Shown here one piece after another: positions 45,215-59,210 of a stretch of DNA of 64,000 nucleotides; the stretch's first letter is position 1; every line of letters begins with the position of its first letter. Source of the stretch: the human T2T-CHM13v2.0 reference genome, Homo sapiens. The stretch lies in the NCBI RefSeq assembly GCF_009914755.1, contig NC_060932.1; one strand, 5' to 3'. The translations under genes were made by a program, and so were the position numbers. The notes under the pieces are model-generated. The model was given only the letters and a program-made list of their open reading frames with translations. It searched no databases and was not told the origin of the DNA.

Positions 45215-45622
45215 ATGGCAGAAAGAATGTTATGAGTTTACCAAACCCATTCAACTTTCCTCCTAAGTATACATTTACTCTGCATCTTTAAGGTACTTTG
45301 CAACTACACAGCATTCATGAGACAGAGTTTCAGCCCATGCAATGTGGAATAAAGTTACAAATGCCACATCCAGATGCATGTGAGAGCCTCCATTTTTCTC
45401 TTCCCTGTCTGTAGTGACACTGGAGGCCACATATTGAAGATGGTGGCCTCAAAAAATAGAAGTAATTTAGTCTCTGGATGACTTTGGCTACCTTCCTTCA
45501 TGATATCCTCATTGGACTATAGCATAAGTAAACTATAATAAACTTTTGTTGTGTTAAATCTCTAAGGTCTGAGAATTACTTGTTATGGTAGATTGCTTGC
45601 CCTAATAGATTACCCGAGTACA
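45215..45622 (+). mobile_element. MLT1I/J-type LTR
   Basis: ggaggccacatattgaagatggtgg; aacttttgttgtgttaaatctctaagg...ttgtta. Confidence 0.6.
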
Positions 45623-45849
45623 GAACATTAGGAAAACTTCCGATATGATAGCAGAGGCTAGGTATTGTTACAAATACTAGACACCATTTCCTCTGAGTAA
45701 TCTCTTCCTCCTATTCATGCCTTGTGTGCTAGAAGATATCTTAAATTTTGTCACAAAAATGAAAGTCATCTCCTCTTAGGGGCAGTGGAAAGAGAATCAG
45801 GAAGTAAATATATTAGAGCAAAGGTAAGTTCTGGACAACACTAACCAAG

Positions 45850-47250
45850 CAAGAATAAGGTGAAAAGAAATGAGAAGATAATCTACTATGTTAATAAATA
45901 AAACAAAGGCTAAAAACTGTATGATAAGAAAAGAAGAGAAAGAGAAGAAATGGGAAGTTGCCATAATTCACAGAGAGCCAAAACTACATGATTATAGATA
46001 TAACAAATAGATTAAAAACATAATGGATGGAAATGTAAATTGAGTTACTAAGATAGAAAAAGGGTTTGAGATAATCACCAATATAGTTAATCACCAGATA
46101 AAAATATTGGAGAAGAAGGTGGGGATTGAAATACTGGAAACAATGAAGAATATGGAACAGAGATACCCAAAATCCAACAGGAGCATCCTGACACTAGTGA
46201 ATGTAGTTCCTGCAACAATAAAAGCTCCCAAAGAATTACTACCAAAAAAAAAAACCTCAAATAGAGGATGATTCCAGCAAACTAAACATTCATACAAACT
46301 TGAGAGAACATTTCATACAGAATAATCAACAACAATAAAGCCACACCTTAGTAAAATGATATTTTAAAAATAAAGAATTTTTTTTTTAAAAAAGAAAATG
46401 AACAGAAGAAAGTGGGAGGAGAAAGGGGGAGAGAGAAAAAGATGGAAGAGAAGGAAATAAATCGGAAGGGAAGAGAAGGTATTCTTTAGGTGTTGGGTAG
46501 AAAAAGAAAATCCTCTGTAAAGGAGAAAAAAATGAGTCTGTCTTTCTTTTCTTTTTCTTTTCTCTTTTTTTTTTTTTTTTGAGGCAGAGTGTCGCTCTGT
46601 CACCCAGGCTGGAGTGCAGTGGCATAATCTTGGCTGATTGCAACCTCTTCCTCCCAGTTCAAGTGATTCTCCTGCCTCAGCCTCCTGAGTAGTTGGGATT
46701 ACAGGTGCCCACCATCACACCCAGCTAATTTTTGTATTTTTAGTAGAGACAGGATTTTGCTATGTTGGCCAGGATGGTCTCGAACTCCTGACCTCAAGTG
46801 ATATGCCTGCCTTAGCCTCCCAAAGTGCTGGGATTACAGGTGTGAGCCACCATACCTAGCCTGTCTACTTTTTCACAGCATGATTCAGTCTAAAACAGTG
46901 GAGAAATATACAAGGAAAATTTCTTTTAAAAACCAAAGCATATAGCTGAAGATTATATCCAAGCAAGATGACCAAAATTCAAACAATCCTTTTCAAATCT
47001 GAAAGAACTCCAGGAATAGAGGATTCATAGGTTCTTATTGGGAGAAAAAAAAAAAGACAAAAACAAGTTACTAAACTCACAAATGGAACATCCATGTGAA
47101 AGGACTGGGGGTGGCATGAAATCCACATAAACATAGAATAAATACTAAACTAATGTGGTCAAAAGACAATGGCACATAAAACAATATAAATAATCCAAAT
47201 TTGACAGCACACACAAAAAAGTTTAATCAATGGGAATGCAAGCACCAGTG
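45850..47250 (+). mobile_element. HAL1/L1ME ORF1-like ancient LINE fragment
   Basis: A-rich, with weak ORF1-like motifs (gaagattatatccaagcaagatgacc). Confidence 0.4.
46543..46861 (-). mobile_element. AluS
   Basis: Reverse dimer; ctgtct flanks. Confidence 0.92.
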
Positions 47251-47396
47251 AGAAGGGAGGCAGTGGAAGTTAGGAGCCTAGGGGCTCTGGGCCCAGGTCT
47301 GAATTCTAGTTTTGCTGCTACCTTAGTGACATGGCCCTATGCAATCATGTAAACTTTCTGAACCTTAGGTTTTTTTTATTTAAAAAATGGGAATGA

Positions 47397-47712
<316 letters not shown>

Positions 47713-48229
47713 CGGGAATGATGTCTCTATCTTACGGTGTTTATTTAAGGATTACATGACTTAGTACACATAAGGCATTTAGATTCATGCTTGGAACATT
47801 GTAATCACTCAATAAGTGTTAGCTTTTGCTAGTAATGTCCTCATTTTCCATAGCATGGACTCCAATCAATACTGTTTGAAATGGAGGGAAGTAATTTTTA
47901 ACAACTTCAACTTCTTAATGCTTTTCATAAACTTTTTTCTTAAGTGTAGAGAAATCGTTTAGAACATTATATCCCTGCAAATTTTATTTCTCTTAAACTC
48001 AAATACACTTAAATTTAATATTCTTTATTTAGAATATGATCTCATTAAGAATTGCTTCCACCAGTTTATAGATCTATGCTTCCATCTGTGTATATGTACA
48101 GAAAGATTTCTGGAGTAAAGTTATTTCTATATAGCGGAATTGGCAGTCTTTTTTTTAAACTTTTTTTTAAATCTTTTTTGCATCGCTTAACTTCATTATA
48201 TTGATCTCATATTAGTAAAATAAAATAAT

Positions 48230-48390
48230 AGCTGGGCATGATGGCTCACGCCTGTAATCTCAGCACTTTGAGAGGCTGAGGAGGGAGGACAACTTGAGCC
48301 CAGGAGTTTGAGGCTGTAGTGATCTATGATCACACCACTGCACTCTAACCCGGACAAGAAAGCAAGATCCTATCTAACATAATAATAATA
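48230..48390 (+). mobile_element. Alu monomer (FLAM/FRAM-like)
   Basis: Single-arm Alu with (TAA)n tail. Confidence 0.8.
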
Positions 48391-48818
48391 CTTTGGAACT
48401 AGAAAGCTGTTTTCTTGCACTACTTAGATTTTGTATCTTTATAGTTAGATGCTTAGGCATATTTACTGCTAAAATATTATGGGATTTTGTACAACTGAAC
48501 ACCATGTCCTTGGCAAAACTAGTTGGCTTATAGTCGGCAGATCTTTTGGTTCAGCTCTCTAGCCTCACACAGCCTACTGGAGCTTTTCATCATACTTGTT
48601 TTTGTCTTTTAAATTATTGAAAAAGTGATACAAATTCTTAGAAAATTTCAAAGAAAACAGGTATCAAGAGAAGAGTAAATCCTCTCATTGACAATCTCTC
48701 CTTCCTTTTCCATTGTAACAACTTACTGTATCTTTCTAGACAGTTACAAGTGTGCGTCTCTGTGTGTGTGTGCGTGTGTAGAGAAAACACTTATCCAGTC
48801 ACTATTTTTTTAACATAT

Positions 48819-48984
48819 TGTGCCTATTCATTTTCATTGCTACAGAAAAATACCTGAGGGCGCCAAGCCGTTCATGATGGGTCCATCCCCATGACCCAAA
48901 TATCCCCCACTAGGTCCACCTCCAACAGTGGAGGACACATCTCAACATGAGATTTGGAGGGGATGAAACATCTAAACTATATTA
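48819..48984 (-). mobile_element. MST LTR, internally deleted
   Basis: ccccatgacccaaa...cccactaggtccacctccaaca...caacatgagatttggagggga. Confidence 0.75.
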
Positions 48985-49298
48985 CATATATAAGGTAAAA
49001 ATACTCCGCATATTGTTTTCTGCCTTCATTCAGGTTCTCTGAGAAACAGAGTTGATGTTGGGATGACAGGCAGTAATCTCAAGAACTCACATGGAAGAAC
49101 AATGGAAGCAGGATTGAGCAGAGGCAGAACTTGAATGAGAATATCAAGAGCCCTGGTAGCCAGGTTACCCTTGGCAACCACATGATTTGGAATGATTTTT
49201 CCTAATCTAACCTAACCCACTCTTGCGACCAGAATTTACTTGCAAATCTGATCAATAGCTACTTTTTCCAAGGGAGCAATGTGTGAGCAAACAGGTCA

Positions 49299-49643
<345 letters not shown>

Positions 49644-49645
49644 CT

Positions 49646-49952
49646 ATATATACGTATATATATGTGTCTGTGTATATATACACAGACACATATATATACA
49701 TACATACATATATACACATATATATACACATATATACACATATATATACGTATATATGTGTATATACGTATATACACATATATATACGTATATATGTGTG
49801 TATATATACATATATACACATATATACGTATATATGTGTGTATATACGTATATATACACATATATACGTATATATATGTGTATATACATATATACATATA
49901 TACGTATGTATGTGTATATATGTGTATATACGTATATATACATATATATATA
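49646..49952. repeat. Complex (TA/CA/TG/CG) alternating purine-pyrimidine repeat
   Basis: About 305 bp of tatatacg, tatatgtg and tatacaca units. Confidence 0.95.
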
Positions 49953-50024
49953 TTCAATACCCTGTTAATTTTTTATAACTTTGGCTAATTTTTTCAATAT
50001 TATTCAATAAAAATACATTGTTCA

Positions 50025-50448
50025 TATATTAGCTACTGCTGCAATAATGCTGCGTAGAAAACCAGATCAAACTCAGTTGCTTACAGAAATAAGCATTCAT
50101 TCTCATGCTCAAGAATCTGCAGGTCAACTGTAGTACAGGTGACTTAAACTGGGCTTAGCTGAGTGGCTCTGCGTCTGGCTTGGATTCAGCCTACAGCTAG
50201 GTCAGGTTACTTTGGTATGTATTTGTTCTTTCTGAGGCATGCTCTCCTCATAGCATGCCACTAAGAATGCCAAATTAAGAACCAAGCACATCTAAGGCTT
50301 CTGCTCGCATCATGACTGCTAACATTACATTGGGTAAAACAAGTCACAGGGTCACATCCAACATAATGAGGCTGGTGAAGCAGATCCCACCTACAGTGTG
50401 AGGGGAAGAGGAGTGAATACTTGCTGAACAATTACCCAAATTATCACA
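50025..50448 (-). mobile_element. MLT1H/I-type LTR
   Basis: tagctactgctgcaataatgctgcgtag...cattgggtaaaacaagtcac...tgctgaacaattacccaaattatcaca. Confidence 0.7.
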
Positions 50449-50773
50449 GTTTATTTAACGTTATAGACACCATCTCACAAATCCATGGTGCAATTAGTTG
50501 ATTGAAAACATTCCCCCGTTATTTTTAATGTAAGGAAAAATTTCCAGATTAGAAATGCATAATTGCATAAATGTAATTTTCCTAAATATAGCCACAATTG
50601 CATAAGTAAAATATAGGACAGGAAAAACAAGTAATATTTCTCCATAATTCAGTGACACAAAATACCTGATGAAGGAACTCAAACAACCCAACAAAAAAAC
50701 CCACAAATAACCCAATTAAAATTGATAAAATTCAATTTAAATATGAGCATAAGGATGTGAATAGACATTTTTC

Positions 50774-50997
50774 TTTTTTTTGACAAAATGTTAACATCTT
50801 TAATCATAAATGAACTCTTCAGAAATCAGTACAAAGAGACTAACATTACAAGGGGAGTGAAAATAAAAGGAACAGAGGAAAATGGAATAGCACACATGAA
50901 TTATAAGGCTATATGAAGACGATATAGTTAACATTAATAGCTGAGAAAGCAATTTCATTATAAATTACATTATCAATACTTACAAATATTGATAACT
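50774..50997 (-). pseudogene. Short retrocopy or orphan transduction (poly(A), ATTAAA, TSD)
   Basis: TSD gacatttttc (50764-50773) / gacgtttttc (50998-51007); T8 tract; minus-strand ATTAAA 17 nt before the tail. Confidence 0.65.
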
Positions 50998-51139
50998 GAC
51001 GTTTTTCAAAAGAAGACATACAAATGGCCAATAAGATCATGAAAACAGATTCAACATCACTAATCATCAGAAAAATGCAAATTAAAGCCGCAATGATACA
51101 TCATCTTAATAGTCAGAATGACTACTATTAAAAAGTCAA

Positions 51140-51422
51140 GGCCAGGCACGGTGGCTCAAGCCTGTAATCCCAACACTTTGGGAGGCTGAGGCAGGCAGAT
51201 CACCTGGGCTCAGGAGTTCGAAACCACCCTGGCCAACATGGTGGAACCCCGTTTCCACTAAGAAAATACAAAAATTAGCCAGGTGTGGTGGCAGGTGCCT
51301 GTAATTTCAGCTATTCAGGAGGCTGAGGCAAGAGAATCACTTGAACCCCGGAAGTGGAGGTTGCAGTGAGCCGAGATCACAACACTGTACTCCATCCTGG
51401 GTGATAGAGTGAGACTCTGTCT

Positions 51423-51457
<35 letters not shown>
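51140..51457 (+). mobile_element. AluS nested in L1PB
   Basis: Full dimer with about 34-nt A tail. Confidence 0.93.
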
Positions 51458-51458
<1 letters not shown>

Positions 51459-52735
51459 ACATGGTGGAGAGGATGTGGAGAAAAGGGAACTCTTAAACAC
51501 CGTTGGTGGGAATGTAAATTAGTACAATCTCTACAGAAAACAGTATAGCGATTTCTCAAAAAACTAAAAACAGAACTACCATCCAATCCAGTAATTCCGG
51601 TGTTGGGTATCTATCCAAAGGAAAAGAAATCATTACATAAAAAAGATACCTGCACTTGTATGTTTATTGCAACAATATTCACAATAACAAAGATATGGGA
51701 TCAACCCTGTGTCCATCAACGGATGATTGGATAAAGAAAATATGGTGGATATATACACAATAAAATACTATTCAGCCATAAGAAATGATGAAATCATGTC
51801 TTTTTCAACAACATGGGTGGAACTGGACGTCATTATCTTCAGTGAAACAATTGAGAAACAAAAAGTCATATACCACATATTCTCATTTATAAGTGGGAGC
51901 TAAATAATGTGTATACATGGACATAAAGTGTGAAACGATAGACTTTGGAGGATCAGAAGGGTGGATGGGGGTGAGGGATGAGAAATTACTTAACAGGTAT
52001 AATACACATTATTTGAGTAATGGATACACTAAAAGCCTAGACTTCACCACTATACAATATATTCATGTAACAAAACTACACTTGTACCCCTTAAATTTAT
52101 ACCAAAAAAAAGAGTAGGCAGTCCCTATTCTTATGTCAACTTTCGTTTTGTCTCCTCCATAGCGCACTTCCTTTGGTGACTCAAGTCATGTTTATGGCTT
52201 TATAGATACCCTACATTACAGTCACCTTGGGACTCCATGCCAATTTCACTACACAGTCTGTTCTTTTCTGTCTCCATAGCTTTATCACTGTTGTTTACTC
52301 TGCCTAAAATGTTTTCTTAGGGATCATTTTTCAAGGTTGAGCTCAGATTGCCACCTTCTCCATGAAGCCTTCTAATGGAAATGAACATTAGTTTCTATGA
52401 ATGTCCATTTTATTTATTTGCACAGCCTTGATAGCACTCTGCAGACATTGCCTCATTGTTTGTTCTGGAGCCTCAGTCCATGCCAAAGGAAGACAAAGGT
52501 ATGACGAAGCAGCAAATTCATGTAGTAGAGGGCGAGGAAGCCATCAGCAGTAAGAGAATGAAACTGATGTGCAGAAAGATGGTCAAGGTGGGCTGGTTCC
52601 CAGAACTTTCTGTTTTTTGTGTCTCTCCGTCGGCATCTTTACAAGAAACCCCAGAGGCACATCTTTTAAAACAAACTTGAGTGGGCTTGTGCTCCAGGCA
52701 ATAAATTTAAGTAGAAAAATTGTGTGAAATACCAA

Positions 52736-53276
52736 TGAGGGAGGAGAATAGGGTCTGGAGGCAGGGAACGTTCCTAAGGCCAATTCACACTGACTTCCTA
52801 GAACTAAATTAAAAGGAAAACCCCGACTTTCCACACAACTAACAAAAGGACCAGAAGCTACTCCCTTTGCCACCCCCCTGCCTTTCTGCACGGCAGATGG
52901 AAAATTGAAAGTACCTCTGATTGGTACTCCTATGCAAACCAACCAGACTTTTGCACAGGAGTGTAACGTTGTAGCTTCACTTCAGCCTCTGATTGGTTGC
53001 TTTTCACAACCAATGAGACAGATTGTGGGCCGCCACTTCATTTGCAGGAGGCGAACACCAAGTGGCCAATGGAAAACCTCTTGCAGGTATTTGGACCCCA
53101 GGAAAATCTGCAACCGGGCTTTTGGGCCCCTATGCTTGGGCCCGCTCCCACCCTGTGGAGTGTACTTTCATTTTCAATAAATCTGCTTTTGTTGCTTCAT
53201 TCTTTCCTTGCTTTGTGAGTTTTGTTCAATTCTTTGTTCAAGACACCAAAAATCTGCACTCCCTCCACTGGCAACA
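52736..53276 (+). mobile_element. MER51 LTR
   Basis: tgagggaggagaatagggtctggaggcagggaac...ttcaataaatctgc...ccactggcaaca. Confidence 0.85.
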
Positions 53277-53397
53277 TGTAGTATACTATGTGAGGTATGC
53301 TCTTTGCTGGTTTTAAAAACATTTTTATCATGCCAAGGGGAAATGAATGAGAAAGCAGGTGAACAACTTTTCAGGTTTCTTTTCAAAGCAGCATTCA

Positions 53398-53862
<465 letters not shown>

Positions 53863-54225
53863 TTACAACAGTGTCTTATAAAGCAAAGGTGGGGATGGGG
53901 AAGGGTGGCTGACTAACCCTAATTTAAATCCAGGCGTGTTTAGTCATAGTACCTGAGGACTGACCAAAGTATAGCTCCATGAGGCCGAGATTATTAAGCC
54001 CATTTTATAACAGAAGAAACTGAGTCTCGGAGAAATTAATTTGCTCAAAAGTCAACACGAGTAAGTGACAAAGACAGAGTCTACACAATTTGGTATGTTT
54101 CCAATGACTGTGCCCTTCCTGGACACCTATCCACAGCCATGGCCACTATCAAACTTTAACCAAGAGTGAAAGCTAAATGAACCACAAACTTTGAAACATA
54201 AGGAATGAGAAAGAACTGAGGAATG

Positions 54226-54520
54226 GGCCGGGCGCAGTGGCTCATGCCTGTAATTCCAACACTTTGGGAGGCAGAAGTGGGCAGATCACCTGAGGTCAGG
54301 AGTTTGAGACTGGCCCCAACAACATGGCAAAACCCCATTTCTACTAAAAATACAAAAATTAGCCAGTCATGGTGGTGGATGCCTATAATCCCAGCTACTT
54401 GGGAGGATGAGGCAGGAGAATCGCCTAAACCCGGAGGCGGAGTTTGCAGTGAGCAGAGATTGTGCCACTGCACTCCAGCTTGGGCAACAGAATGAGATTC
54501 CATCCCCCCTCCCCCAAAAA
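54226..54520 (+). mobile_element. AluS
   Basis: Full dimer; C-rich altered tail. Confidence 0.9.
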
Positions 54521-55003
54521 GGAAATGAAGAATCATCAGGAAAAACTTTAATCTCTCCATCACCTTTGCAAATATTAAAGTTTTGCTACCAACCTCAGTT
54601 AGTGACACAAATTGGTCACTATAAAAATAAACAATAAACAATGAAATAAAATTATAAATTCATAAGGAGTTTCAAATAATACAGAGGTCCCAGTATCTTT
54701 CGCCTAGTTTCCCCTGGTGGTTACATTTTACGTAAATATAGTATAATATTAAAACCAAGAATGTGACATTGGTACAATGTGTGTGTGCAGTTCTACATCA
54801 TTTTATCATAAATGTAAATTCACATAGCTATCACCTCAATCAAAATATAGAACTACTCCATCACTACAAAGTTCTTCCCTCAGACTACCCCTTTATGGTC
54901 ATGTCCACCCCCTCACCCCCTCACTATTCCTAGCCCTTGCAACCATCAATCAGATTTCCATCTCTTAATTTTTTTATTTTAGAGAATTTTATATAAATAT
55001 ATA

Positions 55004-55443
55004 CAGTTGGCCCTTGAACATTGTGGGAGTTAGGGTGCCAATCTCCCAAGAAGTAAAAAATGTAATTATAACTTTTGACTCCCCAAAAATGTACCTACTA
55101 ATAGCATAGTGTTGACCAGAAGCCTTACTGATAACATAAACAGTTGATTAACACACATTTTGTATGTTCTATGTATTACCTAGTGTATTCTTACAATAAA
55201 GTGGGCTAGAGAAAGAAAATGTATTAAGAAAATCAGAAGGAAGAGAAAATATATTTACTATTCATTAAGTAGAAGTGGATCATCATAAAGGTCTTCATTC
55301 TCATCCTCTTCACATTGAGTAGGCTGAGGAGGAAGAGGAAAAGGAGAACTTGGTCTTGCTGTTTCAGGATTGGCAGAGGCAGAAGAAAATCTGCATATAA
55401 GTAGACCAACGTAGTTCAAACATGTGTTGCTCAAGGTCAACTG
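55004..55443. mobile_element. Tigger2a (MER28) DNA transposon
   Basis: TIRs cagttggcccttgaaca...tgctcaaggtcaactg with TA TSD. Confidence 0.88.
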
Positions 55444-56068
55444 TAAAGAATCATATAGTATATGACTTATTAAGATTGCTTTTTCACTTACTATAATGCC
55501 CTTGAAATCTATCCAAGTTGTATGTGCATCAATAGTTCCTTGTTTCTTGCTGAGTAGTACTTCCTGGTGTTGGTGGTAACCTGTGATACTATTCCATTGA
55601 AACTATTTAACCACTAACCTATTGAGAGACATTTTGGTTGTTTCCAGGTTTTGGCTATTGCAAATACTGCTGCTCTGAACAATTGTGTGCAGGTTTTTAT
55701 GTAAATATAAGTTTTTATTTCTCTTGGATAAATGTATACAAGTTTTCAGCATACAAGTTCTGTACATCCTTTGTTAGATTTACACATTGGCATTTCTTTC
55801 TTATGAGTGCTTGTAAATGGTACTGTATTTTTAATTTTGTTCTCCATGTATTTATTGCCAGCATATAGAAATACAAATTAATTTTTGTGTGCTTATCTTG
55901 TACCTTGCAAATTGGCTGAATTTGCTATAGTTGTAAGAGAGTTTTTAAAATGTAGATTCCTTAATATTTTCATAGGATTTTCCTAGGTAGAACAGTTTCA
56001 TTTCTTTCTCATCTTTGTGCCTTTTATTTCTTTATTTTCCCTTATTGCACTGGCTACATCATCCAGGA

Positions 56069-56296
56069 CAGGTTGAGTATCCCTTATACAAAATGCTTGA
56101 GGCCAGAAATATTTCAGATTTTAGATTTATTTTTTATTTTGCAATATTTGCATAATACTTTTCAATTAAACATCCTAAATCTGAAAATTGGGATCCAAAA
56201 TGCTCAAATGAGCGTTTCCTTTAAGTATCATGTTGGCACTCAAAACATTTCAAATTTTGGAGCATTTTGCATTTTGAATTCTCAGATGTAGGATGT
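56069..56296. mobile_element. Tigger4a (MER46A/Zombi) MITE
   Basis: caggttgagtatcccttat...aaaatgctcaaatgagcgtttccttt...ttttggagcatttt. Confidence 0.8.
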
Positions 56297-57265
56297 ACTA
56301 GGTTTAATAGCAGTGGTGTGAGAGGACATCCTTTCCTTGTTTCCAACCTTAGAAGGAAGAAGTGTTTTAAAATTAAGTAAGATATTAGCTGCAGGTGCTC
56401 TTTATCAAGTTCAGAAAGTTCCCCTCTATTCTCATTTGCTTAATGTTTTCATAATAAATTGGTATTGACATATTTTAAATGCTTTTTCTGCATTAAGTAA
56501 TACAAACATGTACTTTGTTTTCGGCCTGTAAGTATAGTGGACCACACTGATTGATTTCCAAATATTGAACCAGTCTTGTATTCCTGGAAAAGACTCATTT
56601 GGTCATGATGTGTAATTACTTTCATATACTGCTAAATCGTATTTCATATATTGCTAAATTATATTGACTAATACAGTTTTGTTAAAAAGTTTTTCATCTG
56701 TATTCATTAGGGATATTAGTCTGTAGGGTTTTTTGCACTGTCTCTGTCTGGTTTTGGAATCAGGGTAATAACGGCTTCATAGAATAAGTTAGGAAGTGTT
56801 CGCTCCTCTCAAACGAGCAAAAGATTCTCTCCTTTCAATTGAGCAAAAGATTCTGCTTTCAATTGGAAACGATTACATGGAATAGGTGTTAACTTCTCTT
56901 TAAGCATTTGGTAGAATTCTCCAGTGAAATCATCTGGGCATGGAAATTTCACTTTGGGGAGGATTTTCATGATGATTTCAATTTTCTTAATAATAATCAA
57001 GTTATTCAAAAATTCTGTTCCATATCAGGTGAGTTGTAGTAGTTTGGTTTTTGTTTTGTTTTTGAAGAATTGGTTCATTTCATCAAAGGGGTCAATTTTG
57101 TGTGTGTAGAGTCATTTGTAGAATTTTCTTATTATCCTTTTGATGTTTGTAGGATAGGCAGTGACATATTTTTAATTCCTAATAATGGTAATTTGTGTCT
57201 TCTCTCTTTTTTATTTTGTCAGTCTTACTAGTAGTTTACCAATTTTATCTTTTCAAGAAGCAGCA

Positions 57266-57562
57266 CTTTCTTTTTTTTTGAGACCAAGTCTGGCTCTGTC
57301 GCCCAGGCTGAAGTGCAGTGGCGAAATCTCAGCTCGCCGCAACCTCCGCCTCCTGAGTTCAAGCGATTCTCGTGCCTCAGGCTCCCGCGTAGCTGGGATT
57401 ACAGGCACGCATGATTATGCCTGGCTAATTTTTGTATTTTTAGTAGAGATGGGGTTTCATCAGGTTGGTCAGGCTGGTCTTGAACTCCTAACCTCAAGTG
57501 ATCTGCCCCGCCTCGGCCTCCCAAAGTGCTGGGACTACAGGAGCACGCCACCTTGCACGGCC
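57266..57562 (-). mobile_element. AluS (CpG-rich)
   Basis: TSD cagcacttt on both sides. Confidence 0.93.
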
Positions 57563-58766
57563 AAGAACCAGCACTTTTTTAAAAATTGTTTTTGTGTTTT
57601 CAATGGTATTGATTTCTGCTTTTATCTTTTTTTTCTTCCTCTGTTTGCTTGGGGCTTATATATCTTTTTCTTTTTGATATTTTATGAGATAGGAACTTAA
57701 ATTATTGAGATTTTTCCTTTCTAATGTAAACATTTAGTGCTATACATGTTCCTCTCAGCACTACTTCAACTGTGTCTCACACATATCGATATGTTGACTC
57801 ATCATTTTCATTTAGTTAAAAGTATTTTTAAATTACTCTTGAAACTTGCTCTTTGACCCATGGATTAGTTAGAAACATACTGTTTATTTTCTAAGCATTC
57901 TGGAATATTCCCATAATCTTTCTGCTATTGATTTTTAGTTTGATTCCATTGTGGTCATAAAACATATTCCGTTAAATGTGTTGACATTTGGTCTATGGCT
58001 CAGGATATGGTCTATTTTGGTACATGTTCTGTGGGCACTTGAAAAGAATGTGTATTCTGCTGTTACTAGATGAAGTGTTCCATAAGTATTGATTAGATTC
58101 TTTGGGCTGATGGTGTTGCTGTGCTTATCTATATCCTCATTGATTTTTTATAAATTGTTATATCAGTTGTTGAGAAAGGAGTGTTGAAGTCTGTAAGTAT
58201 AATTGTGGATTTGTCTATCTCTCCTTTCATTTCTCAGTTTTAATTATACATATTTTGCAGCTTTTTTGTTTGGTATATATACATTTGGGATTGCCATATC
58301 TTCTTGGTGGATTGATCCTTTCATCATTATGTAATGTGTCTCTCTGTCTCTGGTAATTTTTTTTGCTCTTAAGTTTACTTTATCTGATATTTACATAACC
58401 ACTCTTGCCTTTTAAAATTAATGTTTGAATAATAAATATTTTTATCCTTTTTCTTTCAACCTATGTATATCATATTTGAAGTCAGTTTCTTATATACAGC
58501 AGATTTTTGGATTATGTTTTAAAATCTGCTTTGCCAATCTATTTCTTTTACATAGTGTATTTAGACAATTTACATTTGGTGTGATTACTGATGTTTAGAC
58601 TTAAGTCCAGCATTTTATTTTTATTTTCTGTTTGTTCTCTCTACTTTTTGTTTTCTTTTTCCTGCTTTCCTGTTAGTAACTTGAACATCTTTTAGAATTC
58701 AATTTTGTTTCATCTGTAGTATTTTTGAGTTTGAGTATATCTCTTTGTATAGATTTTCTAGTTGTT

Positions 58767-59210
58767 TATAATGTTTAATTTTAGGTTCAACCTTGCTGGG
58801 CCATGATGATGCTCGGATACTTAGGCAAACATTATTTGGATGTTTCCATCAAGGTGTTTTGGGATGAGATTTACATTTAAATAGGTAGATTTTCAGTAAG
58901 GCAGATTGCTCTCACTAATGTGGACGGGCCCCATCCAGCTGATTGAAAACCTGAATAGAACAAGAGACTGACCTCTACAAAGAAAGAGAGAATCCTGCAA
59001 CAGACAGCCTTTGGACTTGAACTGCAAAATTTACTCTTTCCTGGATCTCTTAGATTGATGGCACACCCTGCAAATTTTGGATTTGCTAGCCTCCATAATT
59101 TTGTGAGACGATTCCTAAAAATAGATCACTATTTATTTATTTCTATGTCTGCCTATCATCTATCCATCTATCTGTTGATTCTGTTCATCTGGAAAACCTT
59201 GACTAATACA
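58767..59210 (+). mobile_element. MLT2D/C-type LTR
   Basis: gtaaggcagattgctctcactaatgtgg...gcctttggacttgaactgc...gaaaaccttgactaataca. Confidence 0.78.

Larger units (their letters stand above)
50665..52112 (+). mobile_element. L1PB (L1PB3-like) 3' fragment
   Basis: 3'UTR gacttcaccactatacaatatattcatgtaacaaaactacacttgtacccc followed by A tail. Confidence 0.85.

Noticed and set aside
56812-56865. Short 24-26 bp tandem duplication (similar ones at about 19205 and 19642)
   Set aside because: Ordinary slippage micro-duplications with no further structure
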